Translations under genes and position numbers: made by a program
Shown: piece by piece, positions 1 through 9,682 of the stretch
Numbering within the stretch: position 1 is the stretch's first letter
Layout of the letters: the number at the start of each line of letters is the position of its first letter
The notes under the pieces: generated by a model
What the model was told of the DNA's origin: nothing
Databases searched by the model: none
Seen by the model: the letters and a program-made list of their open reading frames with translations, nothing else
Source of the DNA: an uncultured SAR86 cluster bacterium
GTDB lineage: Bacteria; Pseudomonadota; Gammaproteobacteria; Magnimaribacterales; D2472
Direction of reading: 5' to 3'
NCBI GenBank assembly: GCA_902594005.1
Contig: CACJKN010000001.1
Span: forward strand, 17,700-81,699
DNA: 64,000 nt

Positions 1-192
1 GTTGCTGGATCTTTTCTGTTTTTTTATGGAAGTATAAGATTTGTAATAGAAAATTTTAGGCAGCCAGACTCACACCTTGGTTTTATTTTTTCTGATTTTC
101 TTACAATGGGTCAACTTTTATGTATTCCTATGATCCTTATTGGTTTAATATTCATAGTTAATTTTAAAAATAAAAATGAAATCATATCTTAA
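1..192 (+). CDS. lgt: Prolipoprotein diacylglyceryl transferase, 3' end (truncated by window start)
   Basis: Frame 1 reads VAGSFLFFYGSIRFVIENFRQPDSHLG...LTMGQLLCIPM...*, with the Lgt C-terminal RFxxExxRxPD and TMGQxL motifs. It overlaps thyA, as in the conserved lgt-thyA pair. Confidence 0.9.
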   Translation, partial: VAGSFLFFYGSIRFVIENFRQPDSHLGFIFSDFLTMGQLLCIPMILIGLIFIVNFKNKNEIIS

Positions 193-1042
193 TCTGCTGT
201 CTCACATTTTAGAAAATGGAGAAAAGCGTGAAGACAGAACTAATGTTGGAACTATTTCTTCATTTGGGCATCAACTTAAATTTGATTTAAGGGATGGATT
301 CCCTGCTGTAACCACAAAAAAACTTGCATGGAAGGGTGTCGTGTCTGAGCTTATTTGGTTTCTAGAGGGTTCTGACGATGAAAGAAGATTAGCGGAGATA
401 AGATATAACAAAAATAGAGACGAATTAACCGATATAGATAAATACCCTACTATTTGGACAGATAATGCAGATAATCAAGGAAAAAATTTAGGATATGAAA
501 ATTCATCATTGGTAAAAAAGCTTGGTCCGGTATATGGAGTTCAATGGAGAAACTGGGGTGATAAAGACCAAATTAAAGAACTCTTAGACTCCCTTAAAAA
601 TAACCCGACGAGTAGAAGACATATTCTCAGTGCTTGGAATGTGGCGATGATAGATAAAATGGCTCTTCCTCCATGCCATCTATTAGCACAATTCTATGTC
701 TCTAGCGACCAAAGCTTAGATTGCCACATGTATCAAAGAAGTGCTGATATGTTTCTTGGGGTTCCTTTCAATATCGCAAGCTACTCCTTGCTTATGCATA
801 TATTAGGGAAAGTATTAGATTTGACCCCAAGATATTTTATTCACTCTTTTGGTGATGCTCACATTTATTTGAACTCAGTTGATCAAGTTAAAGAACAGAT
901 TAAAAGGACTCCACGAGAGCTCCCTCAATTAAAGTTTCCAGATATAAATAATTTAGAGGATCTTAAGGATCTAAGCCTGGATGATTTTATACTGGAAGGA
1001 TACGATCCTCATCCAGCTATAAAAGCTAAGATGGCAATTTAG
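176..1042 (+). CDS. thyA: Thymidylate synthase (T4-phage-like sequence type)
   Basis: DRTxVGT, LPPCH catalytic Cys, YQRSADMFLGVPFNIASY, GDAHIY. Confidence 0.97.
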   Translation: MKSYLNLLSHILENGEKREDRTNVGTISSFGHQLKFDLRDGFPAVTTKKLAWKGVVSELIWFLEGSDDERRLAEIRYNKNRDELTDIDKYPTIWTDNADNQGKNLGYENSSLVKKLGPVYGVQWRNWGDKDQIKELLDSLKNNPTSRRHILSAWNVAMIDKMALPPCHLLAQFYVSSDQSLDCHMYQRSADMFLGVPFNIASYSLLMHILGKVLDLTPRYFIHSFGDAHIYLNSVDQVKEQIKRTPRELPQLKFPDINNLEDLKDLSLDDFILEGYDPHPAIKAKMAI

Positions 1043-1044
1043 AA

Positions 1045-2517
1045 TTAACCTTGATTTTGAATATAGTCTCTTCTTAGCGCTATATTCTTAACGCGAATTT
1101 CTTCGTTTTCTGTGTATTTGATCCAGCTGTTTGCTGTCTTTTTGATCTTCTTATCGTCATCTCGTGCAGCAATCCTGAACTCTTTTTTAGCTTGTTCAAA
1201 ATTTTGAAGTTCAAAGTGTGCTTGACCAAGAGTAAGTCGTGCTTGAGAAGGATTCTTTACTTTTCCTTTTTTAAGGCCTTGTTCAATAGCATCTACAGCC
1301 TCCTCTAATTTATCCTCAGAAAGATATAGGCTGCCAAGAATTATGAATGTTTGCCCATCTTTAGCTAACCTTGCAGCTTTTTCCATAATTGGTATTGCAA
1401 GCTCTATTTCTTGAGCCATTCTCCACGCATCAGCCAATAGCTTTAGATTTTTTTCATTATCTTTAACTACAGGAAGAATCTTCTCCTCTTTTGTTTTCTC
1501 ATCGATAACTGGAACTTTTTTAATTCTTCCAGCCTCCAGAACCTTTGCTGCCCAATAAGGGTTATTGTTTAGAAGAAGTAATTGAGTTAAAGCAAGATAT
1601 TCTGATTCTTTGTCGAGTAAATCCTTTTGGTAAGCAGCATTAAGAGTAATCATATAGTCAAGCTCTCTATCTAGCTGCCCATAAATGCCACCTAGCTGAA
1701 TGAAATACATTTTTTTAGGGTATAGATTTACCAAGATCTCATATATATCTAGTTGCTTGTAAAGGGCTTCCTCCTTACCAATCCTTGATGAGAGCTCGCT
1801 GTAACATGCTGCCATTAGTACATACCAATTTTCTTTTGGCTTATATTCTTCAAGTTCGGCAGTTCGTACAGCGCTTAGCATGCTATCCAAAGCTTTTTCA
1901 TAGTAGTCTAGTTTTTCACTTTCTGATTTCTTATCAGTGCCAAGTTGAAAATATGCTTGTCCTAAAAGAGACCAACCCTGTGCAGTGATAACCTCAACTT
2001 CATCCATCCACTGGAGAAGAACCTTGACCCCCTCTTCATAATCCTCATTTACAAAATTTAATTGAGCAAGTGTATATAAAGAAGCTACTCTTAAAGGTAT
2101 TGTAGATTCAGGTTCAGCAAGAAGATTTCTATATGCCTGCATAGCATCGGAATATCTTTCTTCTGAAAAATAAACATATCCCCAGTAATTCCACATTACT
2201 GATCTGTCATAGCTCCGCAAACTGTCCTTCTTTTCTAGAAGTTCATTTAAAATCTCTTTAACGGTTTCAAAATCTGGATCTTCTTTTCCGTTTTCATCGA
2301 CACGCTCAAGAGCCTCAACCACTTTAACTATTTTTTTAGCAGTCGATGTTTGAAGGGCTCTTGCCTTCTTATAAGTAACCTCTTTTCTTGATGAGTTTGA
2401 ATTTTTAACATTTGGATCTTTAATTCTTGACCCAGTATCTTGTGCCTGACCATTAATATCTATTGGCAAAACTATAAAGCCTAACGCAAGAAATATTGAT
2501 AATAGTCTAAAAAACAT
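1045..2517 (-). CDS. Exported tetratricopeptide-repeat protein of the TonB cluster
   Basis: Signal peptide and multiple TPR-like helical repeats; last gene of the DUF3450-exbB-exbB-exbD-tonB run. Confidence 0.8.
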   Translation of the reverse strand: MFFRLLSIFLALGFIVLPIDINGQAQDTGSRIKDPNVKNSNSSRKEVTYKKARALQTSTAKKIVKVVEALERVDENGKEDPDFETVKEILNELLEKKDSLRSYDRSVMWNYWGYVYFSEERYSDAMQAYRNLLAEPESTIPLRVASLYTLAQLNFVNEDYEEGVKVLLQWMDEVEVITAQGWSLLGQAYFQLGTDKKSESEKLDYYEKALDSMLSAVRTAELEEYKPKENWYVLMAACYSELSSRIGKEEALYKQLDIYEILVNLYPKKMYFIQLGGIYGQLDRELDYMITLNAAYQKDLLDKESEYLALTQLLLLNNNPYWAAKVLEAGRIKKVPVIDEKTKEEKILPVVKDNEKNLKLLADAWRMAQEIELAIPIMEKAARLAKDGQTFIILGSLYLSEDKLEEAVDAIEQGLKKGKVKNPSQARLTLGQAHFELQNFEQAKKEFRIAARDDDKKIKKTANSWIKYTENEEIRVKNIALRRDYIQNQG

Positions 2518-2519
2518 AA

Positions 2520-3212
2520 TTATGACTCTTCCATTATAAAGGTAAATTTATGTTGAACACCTTCAACCCTAACAGCTTTCCCGTCAACAATCTTCGGTTT
2601 ATATTTGAGTTTAAGTGCCGCTCTTGATGATGCGGAATTAAAAATTGAACATGGTCTAAGTTGCGCCTCAGGATCATTTGGATTTTTTGAGGTGCAATAA
2701 CCTTCGACAGGAACTACATCTTCAATAGTTCCGGACTCAGTTATTGTAAAAGCAACGATCGCAAAACCCATAGTGCCTCTCTCTTGAGCTCTTCTTGGAT
2801 ATTGCGGTTGAATCTTAAAAAGAGGAATATATTCACCATCTCTAAAGAAACTCCCACCAGCTGTAAATTTAGCTTTTGGTTTTGGAATGTTTACGTCAAT
2901 TCCAGTAGTTGGCTGAAGATCTACCTCAGGCTGTGCAATATCTTCAGGCTGCTCTTCGGGTTCATCTGGCTTATCAACCTCATCCATGAATGTATCTATC
3001 TCTCTTTCAGGCATTACAATGTCTGCCAATTTCACTGATTTATCCTCTTTGAGGCCACTATCCCCTAATGAGATAAGAGTAACCATTAAAACAAATAAAA
3101 AGAAAGTTGTAGAAACTGACAATACTAAAACGGCAAAGTATTTATTTATTTCAAATAGCCTAATGTAGGCTGCCTTAATTGGAAGAATAAGATTTGATAC
3201 TAATCCGCCCAT
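2520..3212 (-). CDS. tonB: Energy transducer TonB
   Basis: N-terminal TM helix, Pro/Glu-rich linker, PQYPRRAQERG TonB C-terminal domain, KYKPKIVDGK. Confidence 0.9.
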   Translation of the reverse strand: MGGLVSNLILPIKAAYIRLFEINKYFAVLVLSVSTTFFLFVLMVTLISLGDSGLKEDKSVKLADIVMPEREIDTFMDEVDKPDEPEEQPEDIAQPEVDLQPTTGIDVNIPKPKAKFTAGGSFFRDGEYIPLFKIQPQYPRRAQERGTMGFAIVAFTITESGTIEDVVPVEGYCTSKNPNDPEAQLRPCSIFNSASSRAALKLKYKPKIVDGKAVRVEGVQHKFTFIMEES

Positions 3213-3219
3213 AAAAAAC

Positions 3220-3630
3220 CTACTTTGGCTCTGAGGCTAAAGATATTGCAGAAACACCTGCTTCTCTTGCTCCATCCATAACTTTAATTATGGTATCCGC
3301 AACTGCCTTCTCATCTGCTTGGATCACTACTGACCCTTGAGGGTTATCAGCTAAAAGTTTTACAACATTGGCTTTAACTTGCCTTACATCAATTCTTCTT
3401 CCATCCATCCAAACTTCTCCAGTTGGGCCAACTGCGATAAGAATAGCTGCATTTTCTTGAGTTTCAGCTGTGTCTGAGTCAGGCCTATTTATTTCTAAAC
3501 CTGGTTCTTTAATAAAGTTTGCAGTAACAATAAAGAAAATGAGCATAATAAACACCACATCCAGCATTGGGGTGATGTTAATCTCGCTCTCTTCCTCTTG
3601 AACTGCTGTAGATATTGCGTTTCTTCTCAC
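3220..3630 (-). CDS. exbD: Biopolymer transport protein ExbD/TolR
   Basis: EINITPMLDVVFIMLIFFIVT motif, VVIQAD. Confidence 0.93.
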   Translation of the reverse strand: MRRNAISTAVQEEESEINITPMLDVVFIMLIFFIVTANFIKEPGLEINRPDSDTAETQENAAILIAVGPTGEVWMDGRRIDVRQVKANVVKLLADNPQGSVVIQADEKAVADTIIKVMDGAREAGVSAISLASEPK

Positions 3631-3641
3631 TTTAACTTCTC

Positions 3642-4169
3642 CTAAACTCTTTTAATTCTTTCTTCAAGGATTCCAGTGTGCCTCTCGCTCACACTAGAAA
3701 TATAAATCATTGCAAAAATTCCTGATAGAGATACAACCATGCCTGCCATAGTTGGAAGCGTTGCTTTAGAAACACCTCCAGCCATTGCTCTCGCATCACC
3801 ACCTCCGCTGAAAGCCATAACTTGGAAGACCTCGATCATTCCAGTAACTGTTCCAAGCAAACCAAATAATGGAGCTAATGCAATGCATGTTTTTATCAGT
3901 GTCGTATTCCTATTAATAGAAGATTTTGCTTCTGCTAAAAATTTTTCTCTAATTTGTAGAGCATGCCATGAAGTTTTGTCGGCTCTAGAGTCCCATTTGG
4001 AAACAAGAGAATTAAGAAAAACATCATGACCATGAGAAAGATAATATATTCTTTCAAATATTAATCCCCACATTAAAAGAACTAAAAGTGCTATTAACCA
4101 AAGCACACTTCCACCAGCTTCCATGAAGTCTCTGATGGAAATAAAAGATTCAGTTATAGCGTAAATCAT
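3642..4169 (-). CDS. exbB: MotA/TolQ/ExbB proton channel protein
   Basis: APLFGLLGTVTGMI motif. Confidence 0.9.
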   Translation of the reverse strand: MIYAITESFISIRDFMEAGGSVLWLIALLVLLMWGLIFERIYYLSHGHDVFLNSLVSKWDSRADKTSWHALQIREKFLAEAKSSINRNTTLIKTCIALAPLFGLLGTVTGMIEVFQVMAFSGGGDARAMAGGVSKATLPTMAGMVVSLSGIFAMIYISSVSERHTGILEERIKRV

Positions 4170-5557
4170 TATTTACTTTCAGCTCTTTCAGCTAATATTC
4201 CAGTACTTTGCTCCTCAAGAACACCAACAATCTCACGCGCAGATGAGTTTGCAAATGAATGGAGTAAAGTTGTCGGAATCGCCACAAGCAGTCCAAGAAC
4301 CGTAGTTACAAGAGCCTGCGAAATACCGCCGGCCATTAGTTTTGGATCGCCTGTTCCATAAAGAGTAATTTGTTGGAATGTAACAATCATTCCTGTTACC
4401 GTTCCAAGCAATCCTGCCAATGGAGCAACAACTGAAATAATCTTAACAATACCAATATATCTTTCAATATCAGGTCTTTCTGCCATGATAGCTTCTGCAA
4501 GCTTTAGCTCTAATGTGTCTATATCTTTTGAGAAGTGTTCTTCTCCAACTTTTAAGACTCTTCCAAGTGGATTATTAGAGTTAAGAGCTTTCGATTTTGA
4601 TTGCTTTCTTACTGCTCTTCCAGTTACATATAAAACATAGAGTTTATATAAAGCTAAAAGAGTACCGAGAAGACCAACGATAACGATTGCATAACCAATC
4701 TCTCTACCTTGAGCTAATCTTTCAGTTAAGCTTGGTGTTTGAATTAAATTAGCAAGAAGACTTCCTCCAGTAGGCCCTGTAGGGTCAATACCGAAAGTTA
4801 CTTGCTCGCCAGCTCCTGCTGATGCAATGTTGTTAGCAGTTCTTGTATATCTTCCTTCAGGTTGTCTTGGTAAAAATGCATATTGTCCTTTGGATGCTGC
4901 GAATTCTAGATACTTCCCGTCACAAACAGCATTAAAGAGTCCAACACGGACTACATCACAATTAGAAGTTTCGCCATCTACATCAATAACACTTGCCTCA
5001 AAAGAAGCAATTTCTCCACCTGCAATCATTTCTCTTTGAAGCTCATACCAAAGACCTTCAATTTCTCTGATTGTTGGAAGTTCTGTTGTCTCCGACATTT
5101 TAGCTGTCAGGTTGTTTAAGAAATCAACTCTGTCAGTACCAAATTGAGCAGATGACAATGAACCAGTAAACTGAACAGCTGCTTCACCAGATGCACTTTG
5201 AAGATGTCCAAATAATTCCACGAGTGAACCAAGCTCCTTTTTATAAGCCTCTTCTTTGACCCGTAAGATTTCTTCGTTCTTCTTATATTCAGCTTCAAGC
5301 TGATCAGCTATTCTTTCCTGTCTTGCAAGCTCTCTTTTTTCAGCAGCAAGGATGGATGCTTGTTTATTCTTGTTTGCCATAAACTCAGCTTCACGGATTG
5401 CATTTTCAGATTGTTCTCTGACTTGGCCTTCTTTAACCAGTTCAAGGAGTTGTTGGACGGTAGAAGGAGCCTCCCCTTCAGTAGCGTCTTCTTGGGCAAC
5501 TAAAATCTGGTTACTGCTAATTAAAAGTGCGAATAGATAAATTTTTAAAAGTCTCAT
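4169..5557 (-). CDS. Large MotA/TolQ/ExbB family protein with periplasmic coiled-coil N-terminus (TtpC-like)
   Basis: Signal peptide, coiled coil, C-terminal APLAGLLGTVTGMI...GGISQALVTTVLGL. Confidence 0.88.
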   Translation of the reverse strand: MRLLKIYLFALLISSNQILVAQEDATEGEAPSTVQQLLELVKEGQVREQSENAIREAEFMANKNKQASILAAEKRELARQERIADQLEAEYKKNEEILRVKEEAYKKELGSLVELFGHLQSASGEAAVQFTGSLSSAQFGTDRVDFLNNLTAKMSETTELPTIREIEGLWYELQREMIAGGEIASFEASVIDVDGETSNCDVVRVGLFNAVCDGKYLEFAASKGQYAFLPRQPEGRYTRTANNIASAGAGEQVTFGIDPTGPTGGSLLANLIQTPSLTERLAQGREIGYAIVIVGLLGTLLALYKLYVLYVTGRAVRKQSKSKALNSNNPLGRVLKVGEEHFSKDIDTLELKLAEAIMAERPDIERYIGIVKIISVVAPLAGLLGTVTGMIVTFQQITLYGTGDPKLMAGGISQALVTTVLGLLVAIPTTLLHSFANSSAREIVGVLEEQSTGILAERAESK

Positions 5558-6309
5558 CTTGCACCCCCTTTAACTACAGGTAATAGAAGCATATCTGTAG
5601 GAGCAAGTTTCTTAGCCATTCTTATGCCATCTCTAATAGCTGTTCTATAGCCAGAAACCTCTTCCCAGTCATTTGTTTCGTTATTCCAGAAACCACTTTG
5701 CTGCTCATCCTTAGTTTGATAGAACATCCCTATTCTTCCAACAACAAGAATATTAACTACCATTTCTTTACCATCTATAACGATAGTGTCTTCATATGAG
5801 GAAATCTTTCTACCATACTCTGCCTCTATGTTATAGGCCTCAAGTATTTGCCTTACTTGTTCTGATGCAGTTATTTTTGGATTTGATAGTGAACTTCTTA
5901 CAATGTCTAGTCTTTCCAGCCTTTCATCAATATAGAATGGAGTATCTAGCGTAACGAATTGCTCAAGCCCCTCAAGCATTCTCTGAGCTAATGGCGGGAT
6001 TTGTCTTTGCATTACAACAACCTGAACCAGCTGCTCATCAAGCTTATCCATTAAATCAAGCTGAGCCTGAATTTGAATTCTCTTTTGTTCGTTATATAAC
6101 TTAAGCCCTTCTACTTGCTTAGCTACTACTTTATATTCATTTACAATCTTGTCAGTTTGTTTTTCTGTACCATCAATTTTTTCTTGCGAAACAGCACTTT
6201 GGCTAGAGTTTTCTCTACCAACTTCTAATACTGATTCCATCTCGCTAGCAGATAAAATAGATGTACTTACCAAAAAGATAAACGACAAGGTAAGTTTTTT
6301 AGTCAACAT
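5554..6309 (-). CDS. DUF3450 family protein (first gene of TonB2-type cluster)
   Basis: Signal peptide, coiled coil, LDTPF...ER, EAEYGRKI, VGRIG. Start placed at MLTKK after a GAGGGAG SD. Confidence 0.8.
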   Translation of the reverse strand: MLTKKLTLSFIFLVSTSILSASEMESVLEVGRENSSQSAVSQEKIDGTEKQTDKIVNEYKVVAKQVEGLKLYNEQKRIQIQAQLDLMDKLDEQLVQVVVMQRQIPPLAQRMLEGLEQFVTLDTPFYIDERLERLDIVRSSLSNPKITASEQVRQILEAYNIEAEYGRKISSYEDTIVIDGKEMVVNILVVGRIGMFYQTKDEQQSGFWNNETNDWEEVSGYRTAIRDGIRMAKKLAPTDMLLLPVVKGGAR

Positions 6310-6409
6310 AACACACTCCCTCATATGTGGTGTCCTGATATTCTAACAATTGATATCAAAACCGCAAAAAAAAAATTTCATTGTCTTGGCTAGGTTGTTG
6401 AATATAAAT

Positions 6410-7264
6410 CTAAAATATTTTAGGGAAAAAAATAGGTGTTTTTTTAACATATTTTTGATACTCAGCATTTTCTCCCCATTTCACATTGGCTCTTGCCTCA
6501 AGCATTCTGACACCGCTTACAAAATAAATAAGAACAAAAGAGAAAATTGGTGATATCAACGTCCAATATTGAACTCCCTCAAGGTACGGTAAAGACATAA
6601 TTGCTATCCCAGCCCATAAAACAACTTCGCCGAAGTAGTTTGGATGCCTAGAAGCAGACCAAAGTCCTGTTGAAATAAACTTATTTGCATTCTCTGGAAT
6701 TGCTCTGAATTGTGTTTTTTGATTATCTGCAATAACTTCAATAGAGAAGCCAGCAACAAATATAAATAGTCCTAAATAAAATATTGGCTCAACTGCAAGC
6801 ACTCCATTTGAGACTGCAGTTAGGGCACATAATGAGCAAATCACTACCCATAGCGCAGATAAATTAAATGCCATAAAAAATTGTGTTGGGCTTGTCTTTA
6901 TTGTCCTAAATCTCTTGTCTTCCCCTGCATCTAAGACCCTTTTAAGCAAGAAACTCCCGAGCCTTATAGTCCAAATTAGAACTGCAATAGAGATAAATAA
7001 GCTTAACGAGAATGTTGCCCCATATGTCTGGTAGTAAACAAAAACAGACCCAAATGCGTAGCAAATAGATCCAGTTAAATCATAAAACTTTTCAGTTTTA
7101 AAGATTAACGCTGGCACAAAAGCAACCCAATGAATTATTAAAATATACCAAGCTGTTTTAATTACTAAATCAGAACCTGAAAGCCCTGCAAAAGCTATGG
7201 TTGCCAGTATAACGCCTAGCGAAATAGTTAAATTAATTATTATATTTTTTGGCTTTTCTTTCAT
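6410..7264 (-). CDS. DUF1295 / steroid 5-alpha-reductase-like membrane protein
   Basis: EKFYDLTGS, GEDKRF, ADNQK, GLWSASRHPNYFGE. Start moved to MKEKPK to remove the overlap. Confidence 0.85.
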   Translation of the reverse strand: MKEKPKNIIINLTISLGVILATIAFAGLSGSDLVIKTAWYILIIHWVAFVPALIFKTEKFYDLTGSICYAFGSVFVYYQTYGATFSLSLFISIAVLIWTIRLGSFLLKRVLDAGEDKRFRTIKTSPTQFFMAFNLSALWVVICSLCALTAVSNGVLAVEPIFYLGLFIFVAGFSIEVIADNQKTQFRAIPENANKFISTGLWSASRHPNYFGEVVLWAGIAIMSLPYLEGVQYWTLISPIFSFVLIYFVSGVRMLEARANVKWGENAEYQKYVKKTPIFFPKIF

Positions 7265-7268
7265 ATCT

Positions 7269-9071
7269 TTACCATCCACATTGTCTTCCTTCATTTTTTT
7301 CATCCAGCCACTCTTTAAGAGGTGAGTAATAATTAATTATAGATTCACCACTTAATTCTCTGACTCCCGTTAGTTCCTCAAAAGCATCTTGCCATGGAAC
7401 ACTGCTACCCAGTGCAAGCATTGACTTTAATTTTTCTCCTGCTTCAGGATTATTATAAATTGTGCATTCATGAAGAGGTCCATCAAATCCAATATCATTA
7501 CAAAGCGACTCGTGGAACTGATATTGCATTATTCTTGCTAAATAATATCTTGTATATGGTGTATTCCCAGGAATATGATATTTAGCTCCTGGATCAAAAG
7601 CATCATAATCCCTTGCAATAGGAGCTTTAACGCCTTGATACGATTCTCTTAATTCCCACCATAGGTTATTTAACTGATCAGCTTCTACATCACCTGAAAA
7701 AACTTGTGATCTCCACTTATCAAGGATGAGCGTCCATGGGATAACAACAATTCCTTCGAGGGCTTGTTTCATTAGCAGAGATATTGGATCAGAAATTGCA
7801 TCTAAATATTGCTCTTCATTTATGTAACCAAGTTCCTTCAAGTATGCGGGCGTTATTGAAAGGGATAGCAAATCACCAACTGCTTCATGAAATCCATCAT
7901 TTGCACCGCTTTCATATATTGATGGCAGATGATTATAGGCTTGATAGTAAAAAATGTGTCCAAGCTCATGATGAATAGTAACGAAGTCTTCTTCATTTTT
8001 TTGGATACACATTTTAATTCTTAAGTCCTCCTCAGAATCAAGGTTCCATGCGGAAGCATGACAGGTTACATCTCTATCCCTAGGCTTCACAAAAAGAGAT
8101 CTCTCCCAAAATGTATCTGCCAATCTCTCGAACCCTAAAGAAACAAAAAAGTCTTCAGCAACTCTAACCATATCAACTTCGGAAAGATTTTCCTCTTGGA
8201 TAATTTGAGTAAGATTGATTGAGGCATCTACTGAAGAAGGCTCGTAAACTAAGTCGTATATATTACTCCAGGATTGTGCCCACATATTTCCTAAAATATG
8301 AGCAGGTATCATCCCATCATTTTTCACGACTTCATCTCCATAAAACTCATTTAGCTCTCCTCTTACATGGCAATGAAGCGCATCATAAAGGGGTTTAACC
8401 TCCTCCCAAACCCTATCTACATCAGATAAGAATTCATCTGAGCTCATATCATATTTACTAAACCATAAATCGCTGAGGCCTTCGAAACCAAGATCTTTAG
8501 AGCCCATTTCGCCTATTTCGACCATTCTTAAATATTTTTCTTTCATTGGTTTGCCAATCTCTCTCCAACCAGACCATGCCATTAGAAGATCTTCTGGATT
8601 CCTAGAATTATCGATGATTTGCTCGAATCCTTCTAAATCATAACAAGTGCCATCCTCAAAACAATGTCTGCCACTCCCATACATAGCAGAGAGTTCAGCT
8701 TTTAAGTTGGCTATCTCAGTTGCTAGGCCTTCATCCAAGGGTGATGGCATAACAAATCCACTCTTAACAAAATTAAGTTTTCTTCTGGTATCTTTTGTTA
8801 CATCCACATCATCAAATTCAGCTGCCCTTCTTGCATTCTCAACAGACAAAAGGCTGTATCGCTTACTATAATCTGCAACAACTTTTTGTGAGTCATAGGT
8901 GATGAAGTTCGACGAAATCCAATAAGCTGAGCTTGCAATTGGCCCCTCTTCAGTACTGAACTCCTCCATCTCATCCAAGAAAAGGATGGCATCTTCTTCT
9001 GTGAGTTTTGTTTCATTAGAACACCCTTGGAGTAAAAGGATCGCAAATGTATAGATAAAGAGTTTGTTCAT
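7269..9071 (-). CDS. M2 family metallopeptidase (ACE-like peptidyl-dipeptidase A), lipoprotein
   Basis: HHELGH zinc motif, GANDGFHEAVGD, PAHILGNMWAQSW, FDPGAKYHI, PYTRYY; lipobox LQGC. Confidence 0.93.
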   Translation of the reverse strand: MNKLFIYTFAILLLQGCSNETKLTEEDAILFLDEMEEFSTEEGPIASSAYWISSNFITYDSQKVVADYSKRYSLLSVENARRAAEFDDVDVTKDTRRKLNFVKSGFVMPSPLDEGLATEIANLKAELSAMYGSGRHCFEDGTCYDLEGFEQIIDNSRNPEDLLMAWSGWREIGKPMKEKYLRMVEIGEMGSKDLGFEGLSDLWFSKYDMSSDEFLSDVDRVWEEVKPLYDALHCHVRGELNEFYGDEVVKNDGMIPAHILGNMWAQSWSNIYDLVYEPSSVDASINLTQIIQEENLSEVDMVRVAEDFFVSLGFERLADTFWERSLFVKPRDRDVTCHASAWNLDSEEDLRIKMCIQKNEEDFVTIHHELGHIFYYQAYNHLPSIYESGANDGFHEAVGDLLSLSITPAYLKELGYINEEQYLDAISDPISLLMKQALEGIVVIPWTLILDKWRSQVFSGDVEADQLNNLWWELRESYQGVKAPIARDYDAFDPGAKYHIPGNTPYTRYYLARIMQYQFHESLCNDIGFDGPLHECTIYNNPEAGEKLKSMLALGSSVPWQDAFEELTGVRELSGESIINYYSPLKEWLDEKNEGRQCGW

Positions 9072-9112
9072 TTAATGACTCCCAATTAAAATGAGTAGAT
9101 ATATTGTAAACC

Positions 9113-9682
9113 ATGAAGATACCAACAAATCAATTTAGAACGGGAACTAAAATACTTCTTGATGGAGCGCCATGCACAATACTAAGTCATGAGTTTCATA
9201 AGCCAGGAAAAGGTCAAGCAGTTGTAAGAATTAAATACAGGAATTTATTATCAGGAAATGTGATTGAAAAAACTTTTAAATCTAATGAGAGTGTAGAGCT
9301 TGCTGATGTTACTGTGAAAGAAATGGCATTTTTATATAAGGATGAATCAAAATGGTACTTTATGGATAACAGTACATATGAACAAATAGAGCTAGATGAA
9401 AAGATTATGGTCGATGCAAAAAAATGGCTTATTGGTGAGGAGCTTTGTGAAATAGTGCTTTGGAATAACTCGGCAATAGCAATTAATGTTCCAAAAATTG
9501 TAAGCTTAAAGATTGAAACATCTGAGCCTGGTGTAAAAGGAGATACAGTGTCTGGCGCTCAAAAGCCTGCAGTTCTTGAAACAGGAGTTTCAATTCAAGT
9601 ACCTCTTTTTGTTGAGGAAGGTGAAGTTGTTAAAGTAGATACTCGTTCATCAGAATATTTAGGAAGAGCTAATGATAGCTGA
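9113..9682 (+). CDS. efp: Elongation factor P
   Basis: HKPGKGQA loop, EPGVKGDT, KPAVLETG, VPLFV, KVDTR. Confidence 0.97.
   Translation: MKIPTNQFRTGTKILLDGAPCTILSHEFHKPGKGQAVVRIKYRNLLSGNVIEKTFKSNESVELADVTVKEMAFLYKDESKWYFMDNSTYEQIELDEKIMVDAKKWLIGEELCEIVLWNNSAIAINVPKIVSLKIETSEPGVKGDTVSGAQKPAVLETGVSIQVPLFVEEGEVVKVDTRSSEYLGRANDS

Noticed and set aside
6366-6375. A10 homopolymer upstream of the TonB cluster, and T-runs near 18677-18692, as phase-variation tracts
   Set aside because: Such runs are common in AT-rich intergenic DNA; there is no evidence of length variation.
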